From: Octopus sinensis | Taxonomy: Eukaryota | Reading direction: 5' to 3' | NCBI RefSeq assembly: GCF_006345805.1 | Contig: NC_043003.1 | Location: 12,276,001 to 12,340,000 of the forward strand | Length of the DNA stretch: 64,000 bases | Part shown: positions 1 through 11,529 of the stretch, piece by piece | How positions within the stretch are numbered: the first letter of the stretch is position 1 | Layout: every line of letters begins with the position of its first letter | Translations under genes and position numbers: made by a program | The notes under the pieces: model-generated | Databases searched by the model: none | What the model was told of the DNA's origin: nothing | Seen by the model: only the letters and a program-made list of their open reading frames with translations

Positions 1-124
1 GGAAATCACACTGGCAGTTTTTTATTTTCTTTCTAGAAATTCAATTTGATTATGACTGATGTGTACTGCAATAAGTTTATATCCAATTTTTAATGTATGT
101 TTTCTTGTGAAAACACTGACTTAA

Positions 125-523
125 TTCTTTAGCATTGAAACCAGCCATATCTAACTCGAATATTCCACCTGTTTTATGCTCAAACTGTCCAGATTCAGCC
201 TCCCATATCAACCCACAATGTCATTCTTATTTCTTTATTGCCCACAAGGGGCTAAACATAGAGAGGACAAATAAAGACAGACAAAGGGATTAAGTCGATT
301 ACATCGACCCCAGTGCACAACTGGTACTTAATTTATCGACCCCAAAGGATGAAAGGCAAAGTTGACTTTGGTGGAATTTGAACTCAGAACCCACAATGTC
401 ATTCTAAAAGAATAAACAACCACGTCATAGAAATGTCAAAGCTTCTAGATAATGTGTGGTTAATTTAAAACCATGTGAATTAATAAGCATTACATTTGAT
501 GCAGTAATCTGAATGCTAAAAAG
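125..523. mobile_element. piggyBac-like MITE (type 2) carrying a nested SINE
   Basis: TTAA at 121-124 and 524-527; ends TTCTTTAGCATT...AATGCTAAAAAG; homologous to 43016-43225 and 62209-62411. Confidence 0.7.
228..387 (-). mobile_element. 5'-truncated family B SINE (Nin/Deu-like domain)
   Basis: Matches other B copies (GTCGACTTTGCCTTTCATCC..GGGGTCGATAAATTAAGTACCAG on - strand); 18-bp TSD AACCCACAATGTCATTCT at 210-227 and 388-405. Confidence 0.85.
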
Positions 524-715
524 TTAAGCTTGGATTTTTATAAAACTCTGAAGTTTTTCATTATACATTACAAAAATAAAAGTTTTTGGTAGAAAAGGTG
601 AGGTCTCTGAAGTTTGACTTCAAAATTATGAGTTTGATGCTTCATATAAGTGTCATGGTGTCTCACATTGGAAAAGGCACAGTTGTTTCCTTATGTAATA
701 AAAAATAAATGCACC

Positions 716-958
716 CTTTTAAAGCCTAGCCAGGCTCATGGGCCCGGTTTCCCAGTTTCTATGGTGTATGCATTCCACAGCTGGACGGGACGCCAGTCCA
801 TCACAGCGTTACTCATTTTTGCCAGCTGAGTGGACTGGAGCAATGTGAAATGAAGTGTTTTGCTCAAGAACGCAACGCGTCACCCTGTCCAGGAATCGAA
901 ACCACAATCTTACGATCATGATGCTGACACCCTAGCCACTAAGCCACACGCCTCCATG
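716..958 (-). mobile_element. family D tRNA-derived SINE
   Basis: tRNA-like head (GGCTTAGTGGCTAGGG...GGTTTCGATTCC on -), CORE-like TTCTTGAGCAAAACAC, TCCACTCAGCTGGCAAAAATGAGT block; homologous to 48548-48790. Confidence 0.75.
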
Positions 959-1979
959 TTTCCTTATGTAGTCTCCAATTATATTACATAATTCTAGACT
1001 CCATTCAGCTACCCTACATTGTGAATCATGGCTGTTCTTTGGGTTGTGGATAATACCCCATGGGTACAGACTCAGTTCTAAACAGAATTTACAGTTAATT
1101 TTCATTCAGACATTTTTTAAGTAATTCTTTTTTGTTAAATTCAGTTTCTCAATTTACAATTTTCATACTTAATACTTTTGTTCTTGTTAGTTTTCAACAG
1201 AAGCGTTTCTTACAGACTTGATTGGCACACTCATACATGTCTTGATTGGCATTCATCCATGTACATGTGAATGTATGCATGCATGTGCATGTAGGCATGA
1301 GCATGCATGCACATGTTTTGGGAATGTGCCCACCCTCCCACTCTATCTCTTTGCATCCCTATTACACACATGCAAGTACACATACATGAACCCTTAGGCA
1401 TATACACATGTATTTTCATACATACGCATGTACTTAGAAAATCACACTTGCACATATGCTTACCTACCCACAATCTCTAACTTATCGAGATTGCACAGAA
1501 CTGATTACAGTGTTGCAAGAAACATCAGTTTTGATTCCTAGAGGAGGAACAGGTTCAGCCAACCATAAATAATGATACATGACCTTTGTGATAAAGGCCA
1601 AACTTTAAACTCAGATATTCTTTAATCTTGTTTTTATTAGCCTGCCAGCTTAGTAGCAGATGTTATTTTTCAAATTTATTTTAGCCAGGTTTTTAGCAGT
1701 TTGAAAAGTTTTATAGCTAATAACAAAACTGAGACATTCGTCAAATTACATTGAGCAGATTTCTGGTTTGAATCTTACACTAAATAACATCTACTATTGT
1801 CTACATTGTATACATGCAAAAGGCAAAGTGAGTAAGCATTATATGCAGCATATCAGTGTAATTTTACTGGTACAGTCTGCTATGAAGATGAGTGTTCCAG
1901 TTGATCTGATCACTGGAACAATCTGCTTGTAAAATTAATGTGAAAGTAGCTGAGCACTCCAAAACAGGCTTACCCTTAA

Positions 1980-2178
1980 CCCTTTCATTGCCAACCTGGC
2001 TGAAACCGGCTCTGGCTCTGTAGTACAATGGTTTTGTTTTCATAAGTTTTGAATTAAAATCTTCCACCAAACCTTAGTCACAATTTATGTTCCTAACACT
2101 TGTTTAATGATAACTAAGTAATTTTACTAAATTCTTTGTAACACAGAGCATCTCAAAATAAATACAGTAATGAAAGTG
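1980..2178. mobile_element. piggyBac-like MITE (type 1)
   Basis: TTAA at 1976-1979 and 2179-2182; ends CCCTTTCATT...AATGAAAGTG; near-identical body at 13713-13934 and 62416-62635. Confidence 0.8.
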
Positions 2179-2189
2179 TTAATGTAGTT

Positions 2190-2375
2190 CTCAGAGAGAT
2201 GCAGCGTGACTCAGAATGTGACAAAGCTAACCCTTTGAATTGCAGGTACAACTCACTTTTACCAGCTGAGTGGACTGATGCAATGAAATATAAAGTGTCT
2301 TGCTCAAGGACACAATGTGTCACCAGGATTGAACTCAAGACCTTATGACCATGAGTCAAATACTCTAACCACATC
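2190..2375 (-). mobile_element. family D SINE, partial
   Basis: Aligns to 36720-37022 (GCTGAGTGGACTG, AAAGTGTCTTGCTCAAGGACACAA). Confidence 0.7.
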
Positions 2376-2631
2376 AAAGTCAGTTACACAGCTCAGAGAA
2401 GCCAATGATCAAAGCACAACAACTAATCAATTTTGTTTTATACTTGAGAGATGAGGAATTATGGATAGGTGTCCTCATCTTGTTGTTGTTACCACACAAA
2501 AAGAGGCAACACATATGCTAGGACACACAATAACCTCCTAAGCAGACCTAGTGCAAATATGGAAACCAGTATTAAGGAAGGATACAAAAATATTAGGTTT
2601 ATAAGCCCTAAAATTCACTCCATAATTGCCT

Positions 2632-2895
2632 ATGGGTATATGGCATAGTGGTTAAGAACGCAGGCTACTAACCCCAAGAATCCGAGTTCAATAAGTAAAT
2701 AATAATAATAACAATAATAATAATAATAATAATAATAGCATCAGCAAAAAAAATACCTTAGGAATGAGAACCCAGGTTTGAAATTCCACCAGGACGCGTG
2801 ATGAAGGCTGGAGAGTACATCAGCCGAAACTTTATGATAACAACAAACAAAATGAGGACACCTATCCATCAGATGTAAATAATGTAAATAATGAA
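2632..2895 (+). mobile_element. tRNA-headed SINE-like element with (AAT)n and hammerhead-like 3' module
   Basis: A-box-like TGGCATAGTGG 2641-2651, B-box-like GAGTTCAAT 2684-2692, (AAT)n about 2697-2734, GTGATGA-A-GGCTG/CAGCC-GAAAC 2798-2830, ATGTAAATA tail repeats; inverted tail fragment at about 2445-2500. Confidence 0.55.
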
Positions 2896-3161
2896 CTAAT
2901 CAACACTCTTTCCATAGTCTCTGATACATCATTTGACTACAATAAGGAAAAATCTACTCTTAGTGTACTGTCAGCATACTGTGTGTACTGTCACACATTT
3001 ACTGATTCAACTTGGTTTATCAAAACAGTGTTCTCTGTAACGAGTGCACTCCTTGACACAAGACTGAAATGTTTAGTGCAATGGTTCAGTGTCTGACACG
3101 AGTTGTTATTAAGATAATATTCCAAACTATTCAATCTTTAGAAGCAGGACATTTTGAAAAA

Positions 3162-3500
3162 TCTTTTTACTTGTTTCAGTCATTAAACTGCGGCCTTGCT
3201 GGGGCACCACCTTGAAGGGATTAGTCAGGCAAATCAGTATTATCTTAAGCCTAGTACTTATTCTATCAGTCTGTTTTTGCTGATCTGCTAATAGCAAACC
3301 AACATTTGCCATCAAGTGGTGGTAGTGGTGGTAGGGACAAATACAAGCACATAAGCATAGATACACATAGACATAATAATCTACTCACAAGGCTTTGGTC
3401 AACTCAGGGCTATAGTAGAAGACACTTTCCTAAGGTGCTGTGCAGTGGGACTGAATCCAAGACCATATGGTTAAGATGCAAACTTCTTACCACACAGCAA
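3162..3500 (-). mobile_element. family A CORE-like tRNA SINE
   Basis: Homology to the full copies at 12374-12752 and 59775-60130. Confidence 0.8.
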
Positions 3501-3699
3501 TACATACATCTAATATTTATAGTTACACTGTATTTTAATTAGTTTAATCTCTAATTGTCATCAGGTGTCTATTCCTGGATATATACATAATAGCAGGCTG
3601 GATTTGCAGTGGGAACCTTTTACTCCCAGTTTATTAGAAGCAAAGGTTGCTAGTCTGAATACAGTCAGTCTGATAAATTTTCTTCACAACCAGGAGTAA

Positions 3700-3770
3700 G
3701 ACATCTGATGATGACCAGGGAGCCAAACTGATCGAAACATAGAGCAGATGTAAATATTAAAAGATGTTGC
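3700..3770 (+). ncRNA. hammerhead-ribozyme-like motif (type I topology, stem I doubtful)
   Basis: CTGATGA 3705-3711, stem II GACCAG/CTGATC, GAAAC 3734-3738, CAT/ATG stem III, GTA 3750-3752. Confidence 0.35.
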
Positions 3771-4021
3771 ATTTCTAAAGATAAGATTAATGGTCCTGTC
3801 AGAAAAAAATAATCTTATCAACATGTTTAAATTAAAAGATTATTTAGACATCTAAGGGGATGACTTAGTGCTTATAGCCGCTGTTTATTTTAATTCATAC
3901 GGCTCCTCTAACTAGGCGGTGCTCCAGCATGGTTTGAGATATGATGATTGAAACAAACTAAAGAATACATTTTACCATATGTAAACACCTAAGCATATAT
4001 TAGAATAATTTTATTTACTTT

Positions 4022-5008
4022 CATCATCATCATCATCATCATCGTTTAGCGTCTGCTTTCCATGCTAGCATGGGTTGGACGGGTCAACTGGGGTCTGTGA
4101 AGCTGGAAGGCTTCGTCAGGCCCAGTCAGATCTGGCAGTGTTTCTACGGCTGGATGCCCTTCCTAACGCCAACCACTCCGCGAGTGTAGTGGGTGTTTTT
4201 TACGTGCCACCTGCACAGGTGCCAGACAGAGCTGGCGAACGGCCACGAACGGATGGTGCTTTTACGTGTCACCGGCACGGGGCCAGGCGATGCTGGCAAC
4301 GGACACGAACGGATGGTGCTTTTACGGGGCCAGACAGAGCTGGCAAACGGCCACGAACGGACGGTGCTTTTACGTGTCACCGGCACGGGGGCCAGCCGAG
4401 GCTGGCAACAGACGCGAACGGATGGTGCTTTTACGTGCCACCGACACGGTTGCCAGACAGAGCTGGCAAACGGCCACGAGCGGACGGTGCTTTTACGTGT
4501 CACCGGCACGGGGGCCAGCCGAGGCTGGCAACGGACACGAACGGATGGTGCTTTTACGTGCCACTGACACGGGGCCAGACAGAGCTGGCAAACGGCCACG
4601 AACGGATGGTGCTTTTACGTGCCACCGACACGGGGCCAGACAGAGCTGGCAAACGGCCACGAACGGACGGTGCTTTTACGTGTGACCGGCACGGGGCCAG
4701 GCCAGGCTGGCAACGAACACGAACGGATGGTGCTTTTATGTGCCACCGACACGGGGCCAGGCAGAGCTGGCAAACGGCCACGAGCGAATGGTGCTTTTAC
4801 GTATCACTGGCACGGGTGCCAAACGAGGCTGACAGCGGACACGAACGGATGGGTCACTTAACCCCTGCTTTCTGATATATGATTTGATTTTGATTGTTCT
4901 CACTGGTCTTGCCGGTTCTTCTCACGCACAGCATACTTCCATAGGTCTCGGTCTCTGGTCATTTCCTTGGTGAGACCTAGAGTTCGAAGGTCGTGCTTCA
5001 CCACCTCG
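4022..5008 (-). mobile_element. 5'-truncated RTE-clade LINE (ORF2 C-terminus + 3' UTR + (GAT)n tail)
   Basis: 5007-4900 on - encodes EVVKHDLRTLGLTKEMTRDRDLWKYAVREKNRQDQ*, typical of RTE ORF2 ends; GGCGTTAGGAAGGGCATCCAG motif; (CAT)n at 4022-4042 on +. Confidence 0.85.
4195..4852. repeat. ~60-bp minisatellite, about 11 units, inside LINE 3' UTR
   Basis: Repeated CCAG..GCTGGC.AACGG.CACGAACGGA(T/C)GGTGCTTTTACGTG(C/T)CACCG.CACGGGG. Confidence 0.9.
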
Positions 5009-5037
5009 AGACATAAATACAAAATACATTTTATATC

Positions 5038-5582
5038 AAGTGTAGCTGTGTGGTAAGAAGTTTGCTTCCCAACCACATGGTTCTGGGTTCAGTCCCACTA
5101 TGACATATGGGACGAGTGTCTTCTACGATAGCCTTGGGCTGGCTAAAATCTTATGCGTGCATTTGCTAGACTGAAGCTGAAAGAATCCTGCTCTGTATGT
5201 GTGTGTGTATGAAGATGTTCTATACATTATCTTCATCATCAGGTAACATCCGTTTCCCATGCTGGTATGAGTTGGACGGTTTGACAGGAATTGGCCAGCT
5301 GAAGTGCCACCTGGCCTCCATGTCTGTTTTGGCATGATTTCTTTGTGGTGTGTGTGTGTGTGTGTGTATGTGTGTCTTTGTGTTTGAATTTCTCCCCCAC
5401 CTCCGATTGATGACCAGTGTTGGTTTATGTCCTCATAGCTTAGTGGTTCGACAAAAAGAGTCTGATGAAATAAGTTCCAGGCTTATAAAAAAAGTTCTGA
5501 GGTCAATTTGTTTGACTTAACTCTTCAAGGCAGTACTCCAGCATGGTCACAGTCTACTGACTGAAACAAATAAAAGATAAAA
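5038..5582 (+). mobile_element. family A SINE with nested RTE-tail fragment (about 5231-5342, -)
   Basis: Head GCTGTGTGGTAAGAAG..GGGTTCAGTCCC; tail CTCCAGCATGG..CTGAAACAAATAAAAGA; insert sits in the internal microsatellite. Confidence 0.8.
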
Positions 5583-5756
5583 TATGATTATATATTTATT
5601 TTTCCAATTATTTCATACCAGATATGAGTTCATATGTGAAGAAAGATTTTTCACTTGGTGTTATTCATTGATTTTTAATATTTTGATCTTTACTTTTCTT
5701 TGTTATTCCTCAAATTAAAATCCATTTAAAATTAATCTATATATATTGAGATAAAA

Positions 5757-5760
<4 letters not shown>

Positions 5761-5792
<32 letters not shown>
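5761..5792. repeat. (CA)n microsatellite
   Basis: Pure AC run. Confidence 0.95.
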
Positions 5793-5794
<2 letters not shown>

Positions 5795-6124
5795 TTGATT
5801 TAAATGAGTTTATCCAGATTTTTTTTAAAATTCATTCTCTCATCTTGTATGTGTTGTTAGCACAACATTTTAGTCAGTATTCTCACTAACTGTCTTTGTG
5901 TGATATTGCTGAGTTGGATGAGAGATTGAAACTAGAATCTTTTTGCTTAATGGGTCTATTGATCTAACCACTGATCTTGACATTAACAGTATTAACACTT
6001 ACTGTGGTAGAAACCAACTGCACCCAGTTCTGTGCAAATGCACTTGTGACGCAAGACATGAGTTGACTTGTTTTTCATTGAATTCTCTACATTTTGTATG
6101 ACATAGTATTCACATTTTGTTTTA

Positions 6125-6263
6125 TTTTTTAGTCAAAGAAATCAACCCCAAGACTTACACTTGTAAGCCTATCAGTCTCCTTTGCCAAACCTCTTAGTTA
6201 CGGAGATGTAAACCCACCAACATCAGTTGTCAAGCGATGGTGGGTGGACAAACACAGACACAT

Positions 6264-6301
<38 letters not shown>

Positions 6302-6452
6302 CGGGCTTCTTTCAGTTACTGTCTACCAAATCCACTCACAAGGCTTTGGTTGGCCTGAGGCTATAGTAGAAGACACTTGCCCAAGGTGCCACGCAGTGGG
6401 ACTGAGCCCGGAACTATGTGGTTGGGAAGCAAGCTACTTACCACGCAGCCAC
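6125..6452 (-). mobile_element. family A SINE
   Basis: Family homology; internal (TA)n about 6266-6298. Confidence 0.85.
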
Positions 6453-7279
6453 AAGATCTTATAGTTGTTACAAATCTCACTGTTATAGTTAATTTGCTAA
6501 TTAAAATTATAGAAACATTTCTTCCTTAGTCAACTTAAATCATATGTTATTATGAATTAATTAAAATACGAAAATATTTTTTCTTAAAATATATGGTTAG
6601 GTTTCATATTTGAAAGAACATTTAGGATTTGCGTTTCTATATTTTTCTTGAAATATAGTTCAGTTCCTCGGTTTGAAATGACATTCAAAATCCATTAAAA
6701 TCTCTTACGTCTGTGCTGTTTGGTGACATACGCAGGTGAGTAGGTATGATTTAATCAGAAGTAAAAACTGTACACGAAAAAGACTTAATTATTGATTAGA
6801 GACTGTATTGGATTTACAGTGATGTGGCAGACAGTGGAAATGTTTTACTTTCCTTTATACAATTTCTCATAAGTAACAACATATTAATAACACATTATAT
6901 TCTTACATGATTTTGGTCTTGGGAGAAAATCTCTTCAGACCTATAATTTAAATCTGCTAATTATGGTAATTACCCGGTACATATTATGTTAACTACTTCG
7001 TTTCACAACTAAGTATACGACTGGGATTCTAACCAGAAATCGTAGTCGATCCAACTGAGATTTATAATCTTAGCAGAAGAGAGAAGAATAACTGAATTTT
7101 TGGCTAAACTAATTAAATATGGCTGTGTGATCAAGAAGCTTGCTTTGGACTCATGTAGTTTTGGGTTCATTCCCTCTACATAGCATCTTGAGTAAGTGTC
7201 TTCTGTTTTTACTATACTCCTGTGCTAGTCAATACTTTGTGAGTGAATTTGGTAAATGGAAACTGTGTGGAAGCCTTTC

Positions 7280-7545
7280 TGGCACTTGTGCAGGTGACAC
7301 ATAAAAAAAAAAAAACGCGGTTTTTCCGTGACCGTTGCCAGTACCGCCTGAATGGCCCTCGTGCCAGTGGCTTGTAAAAGCACCCACTACACTCTCGGAG
7401 TCGTTGGCGTTAGGAAGGGCATCCAGCTATAGAAACTCTGCCAAATCAAGATTGGAGCACGGTGCAGCCATCTGGTTTGCCAGTTCTCAGTCAAATCGTC
7501 CAACCCATACTTGCATGGAAAGCGGACATTAAACGATGATGATAT
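7280..7545 (+). mobile_element. RTE LINE 3' UTR fragment
   Basis: AAAGCACCCACTACACTCTCGGAG..GGCGTTAGGAAGGGCATCCAG..CATGGAAAGCGGAC..GATGATGAT. Confidence 0.8.
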
Positions 7546-7569
7546 ATATATATATATATATATAGAAGC

Positions 7570-8177
7570 ACAAGCATGGGTGTGTGGTAAGAAGATTGAT
7601 TCCCAACCAATCAACATAGTTCTGGGTTCAGTCTCACTGCAAGGCACCTTGGACAAGTGTCTTTTACTATAACCTTAGGCCAACCAAAGCCTTGTGAGTG
7701 AAATTGGTAGACGGAAACTGAAAGAAGCCTGTCACATGTGTGTGTGTGTGTCCATGTGTCTGTGTTTGTCCACCACCACTGCTTGACAACTGTTGTTGGG
7801 TTGTCTACATCCCTGTAACTTGGTTTGGCAAAAGAGAATGATAGAATAAATACCAGGCTTAAATAATAAGTACTGGGGTTGATTCTTTCAACTAAAATTC
7901 TTCAAGATGGTGTCCCAGCATGAAAGCAGTCTAATGGCTGAAACAAATAAAAGATAAAAGGTATGCATGTGTTTGTATTTGCCCCCCCTCCCGCCTCCAC
8001 TATTTGGTAGCCAGTGTTGGTTTGTTTATATCCTCATAACTTAGTGGTTCAGCAAAAGATACTGATAGAATAAGTTTCAGACTTTAAAAATAAGCACCAG
8101 AGTTAATTTGTTCAACTAAGCCCTTCAAGGAGGTGCCCCAGGATGGCTGCAGTACAATGACTGGAACAAATAAAAAG
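7570..8177 (+). mobile_element. family A SINE followed by a second, headless A 3' half (about 7970-8177)
   Basis: Family homology; tail module occurs twice. Confidence 0.75.
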
Positions 8178-8804
8178 AAAAAAAAGTAACATAAATGAAT
8201 GTTTTAGTTTTTAAATAATTTATTATTAAAATGTCCATTAAATAATTTTATATTATAACATAAAAATTAAAAATGAGATTTGCGTGTAATATATAACCAA
8301 GCTTTTAGCATATATAATTTGAAAGGTCAGATATTTTAGCTGATAGCTGTGGAGCTTTTTATTACATATTATATTTCTTTTATGTTATACATAAGATAAT
8401 AAATTATAGAAATATTGCAAATATTTGACATTTTAGTTTGTTAATATTTCTGTTTTTCTCTGATCTTGCTACGATGTTTAAATGATATTTTATTTGGTTT
8501 CTTAAATTAATACTCTTTTGCATAATTACTGTGTAATATTAATGTCTTTATGAAAATCAAAAACTAACAATGAATTGTTACTCGATACTACTGATTCGTG
8601 CTAAGTATTTGTACTAGTTGTGAAAAAGTAGATTTTGTGAGTTTTGTTAGTCAGTATGGTGTACAATAATGGTTTTAAATTTTAGCACAAGGCTAGCAGT
8701 TTTTGACTGAGAAGTCAATTACATTGATCCCAATACATGACTGGTACTTGTTTTATCAACCCCAATTCTGCCAGCTCATTGCTTTGATATGATCTATAAT
8801 TTTT

Positions 8805-9010
8805 AATTTTCTTTCTACAATAGGCACAAGGCCTGAAATTTTGGGGGAGTAGAGTTTAGTCAATTATATTAACTCCACAGTTCAACTGGTACTCACTTAT
8901 CAATCCTGAAAGGGATGACTGGCAAAGTTGACTTTGGTGGTGTTTGAACTCAGAACACGAAGACAGAAGAAAAGCCACTAAGCATTCTGTCTGGCTTGTT
9001 AACAATTCTT
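8805..9010 (-). mobile_element. family B SINE variant
   Basis: CAACTGGTACT..GGCAAAGTTGACTTTGGTGG..TTTGAACTCAGAAC. Confidence 0.7.
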
Positions 9011-9489
9011 TGGGACATCATAATGATTCTGTCTGTTCACTGCAATATGGTGTATAATGATAATGAAAGTAAACACAGGAATTCTTGATTAATTTAATAT
9101 TACTCTACTAGACACTCTTTTTGTGCTGATGAAACTCTGAGTAATGCTGCATGAGTCATTAACTTACACATACACACTGTAGCATTTGCCTGTTGTCTCT
9201 ATTTAAACATCCATAAACTTCTTTAAATTACTTACATAAATATGTGTGTGTATAAATATTTAAAGCCACCTCCCTCAATATTATAGCCCTTCTGCTGTGG
9301 GCTGTGCCTTGCATGTTACTTGGTCACTTCACTAGTGCCAGTGACATGAAAAAGCCTCCTCCTGCACCTCTGTAAACTGACTGGCATCAAGAATGGTATC
9401 CAGCTATAGAAACCATGCCAAAACAGACATTGGGAGTATGGTGCAATCAACCATTCAACCCATACCAGCATAGAAAACTGATGATATTT

Positions 9490-9650
9490 TGTCCGTCTTT
9501 ACATTTTGAATTCAAATTCTACTGAGGTTATCTTTTATTCTTTCAGGATGGAAAAAAATAAGTACCAGATGAGTGCTGGGGTCACTGTAATCGACTTATC
9601 CTTTCTCCTGAATTTGCTGGCCTTGTGCCAAAAGTTGAAACCAATATTTT
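9490..9650 (+). mobile_element. family B SINE variant
   Basis: TTCAAATTCTACTGAGG..AAGTACCAG..CTGGGGTC..TAATCGACTTA..GGCCTTGTGCC. Confidence 0.65.
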
Positions 9651-10751
9651 ATAAACTAGCTTAGTTGAAAATTAAATATTTTCGTTATGATCTAAGGATG
9701 AAAACTCGACCACTATGTGCCTGTCATACCATTCTCTTTAAATTGTGATGTGTGGGTGAGGCTTCCTTTGCAATATTGTAGGTTAGCAAATGATGGTGGG
9801 AAGTTCAGATACAAAAATTGTTTTGATTTTTAAGACATCTCACATTTGACTTAATACAACAAACAATTCTCTAATCATCTGATTAGAAAGCAGCTATTTC
9901 CAGCTATTTAAGCACACACTTGCATACATTTGAGCTTCTCTTCACTGTTATTTCTTTGAAGTGAAACACTTTCATCCAATCGTAAAATATCAACCACTCA
10001 ACAGGCTGGGGTGAGAAGTGTTTGTTGTAGTTTTTGCTGTTGTTGTGGGACAGTTTTTATTATCATATTATTATTTTTTTTTTTTTTTTTTTTTTTCCCT
10101 AGACTATTACATTTTGTAAACAATATTTCTGCAAATAACACATCTCTATCTCGGGATAGTTATGAAACCAGCTTTTGTTGTCTAGCTTGCTACTCATGGA
10201 AAGATATCTCATGAAAGTTTTATCTTCCACTTCATCTGATTGTCTGACGTGAAAGAGGTGTTACCGAATGTCTGTTGACACAATGTTTACCTATGTAATT
10301 GTATTTTTCACTACAGTGTTTTAAGCATTGGTTTCTAAGAACAAATTCAGTTCGACTTTTGTGATGTACACCCAGTTAGATATGGTAAGATTCTGAAATA
10401 CTGAAAATTTACTTTCTTCACACCAATATTCTCTCTCTAAACTATATCGGATTTTAATATCTAATAAAGTGTAAGAATACTGATACACACTTGCTATTTA
10501 AACAGGTATGTGGTGCCTTAGCATAGAATAGTAATCAGCTGTTAGTGCTGTATATTTATTTTTTAAGTGTGTCTCTATACATTTTCTATAGAATTTAGAG
10601 CTAGTACTGAAAGTTACAACATTTTGTATATGAATACATTTATGTAAACAATGCAATTGAAGATAAAAAAATAATGTAATGAGTGTATATACATATTTCA
10701 GGAGTAATTGCTCCTTCTTCAGTACCTCATCTAACCCATTAATTATCTATT

Positions 10752-11135
10752 CTATTCTTTTATTCTTTCTTTTACTTGTTTCAGTCACTTGACTGTGACC
10801 ATGCTGGAGCACCACTTTTAGTCGAAGAAATCAACCCCAGAACTTATTCTTTGTAAGCCTAGTACTTATCCTATTGGTCTCTTTTTGCCAAACCGTTAAG
10901 TGACGGTGATGTAAACACACCAACATCTGTTGTCAAGTGATGGTGGGGTGACAAACACATAAACATATACATATATACGATGAGCTTCTTTCAGTTTCCG
11001 TCTACCAAATCCACTCACAAGGCTTTGGTTGGCCCGAGGCTATAGCAGAAGACACTTGTCCAAGGTGCCATGCTGTGAGACAGAACCTGGAATTATGTGG
11101 TTGGGAAGCTAGCTACTTACCACACTGCCATACCT
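10752..11135 (-). mobile_element. family A SINE, full length
   Basis: Head, core and tail all present. Confidence 0.85.
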
Positions 11136-11529
11136 CTGAATACATTTCTTAAATAACCACTAAGTTTAGCAGTGTAACTCTATTGGATAGACCAATTTTA
11201 CATATTGAACACATTCCTGGAAACTTGTACCTACATATTAACTGCAATTAATGCTGTTTTATATTCCAAAATGACTACATTTCAAGTAAAGTTTCAGTAA
11301 CATTTCTTCTTTTTATCAAAGAAAAAGTATCTTTTCATCTCTAATTATCTATATAAATATTCTGTTTTCTTCTTAAGTTATTAAGCAGTTTCATATCTGA
11401 CAGAATGTTTGTGTGATCTTTATGCTGTACTTGAGACTTACTGCATGCTTAAGTACTGTTCAAAGATCACATCTATTCTGCTGAATATTTTGAGGTCTCT
11501 CTATTTGTTGTGTGTTCAACCCAATTACA

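Noticed and set aside
4195-4852. CRISPR-like array
   Set aside because: Contiguous tandem units with no unique spacers, no cas genes, eukaryotic LINE context
4075-4875. 266-aa ORF and overlapping ORFs
   Set aside because: Read-through of the LINE 3' UTR minisatellite, open in several frames; the same peptide start recurs at 20856 as a repeat translation
9126-9160. Hammerhead-like CTGATGA-A-ACTC..GAGT (also CTGATGA at 59411)
   Set aside because: No GAAA core after stem II
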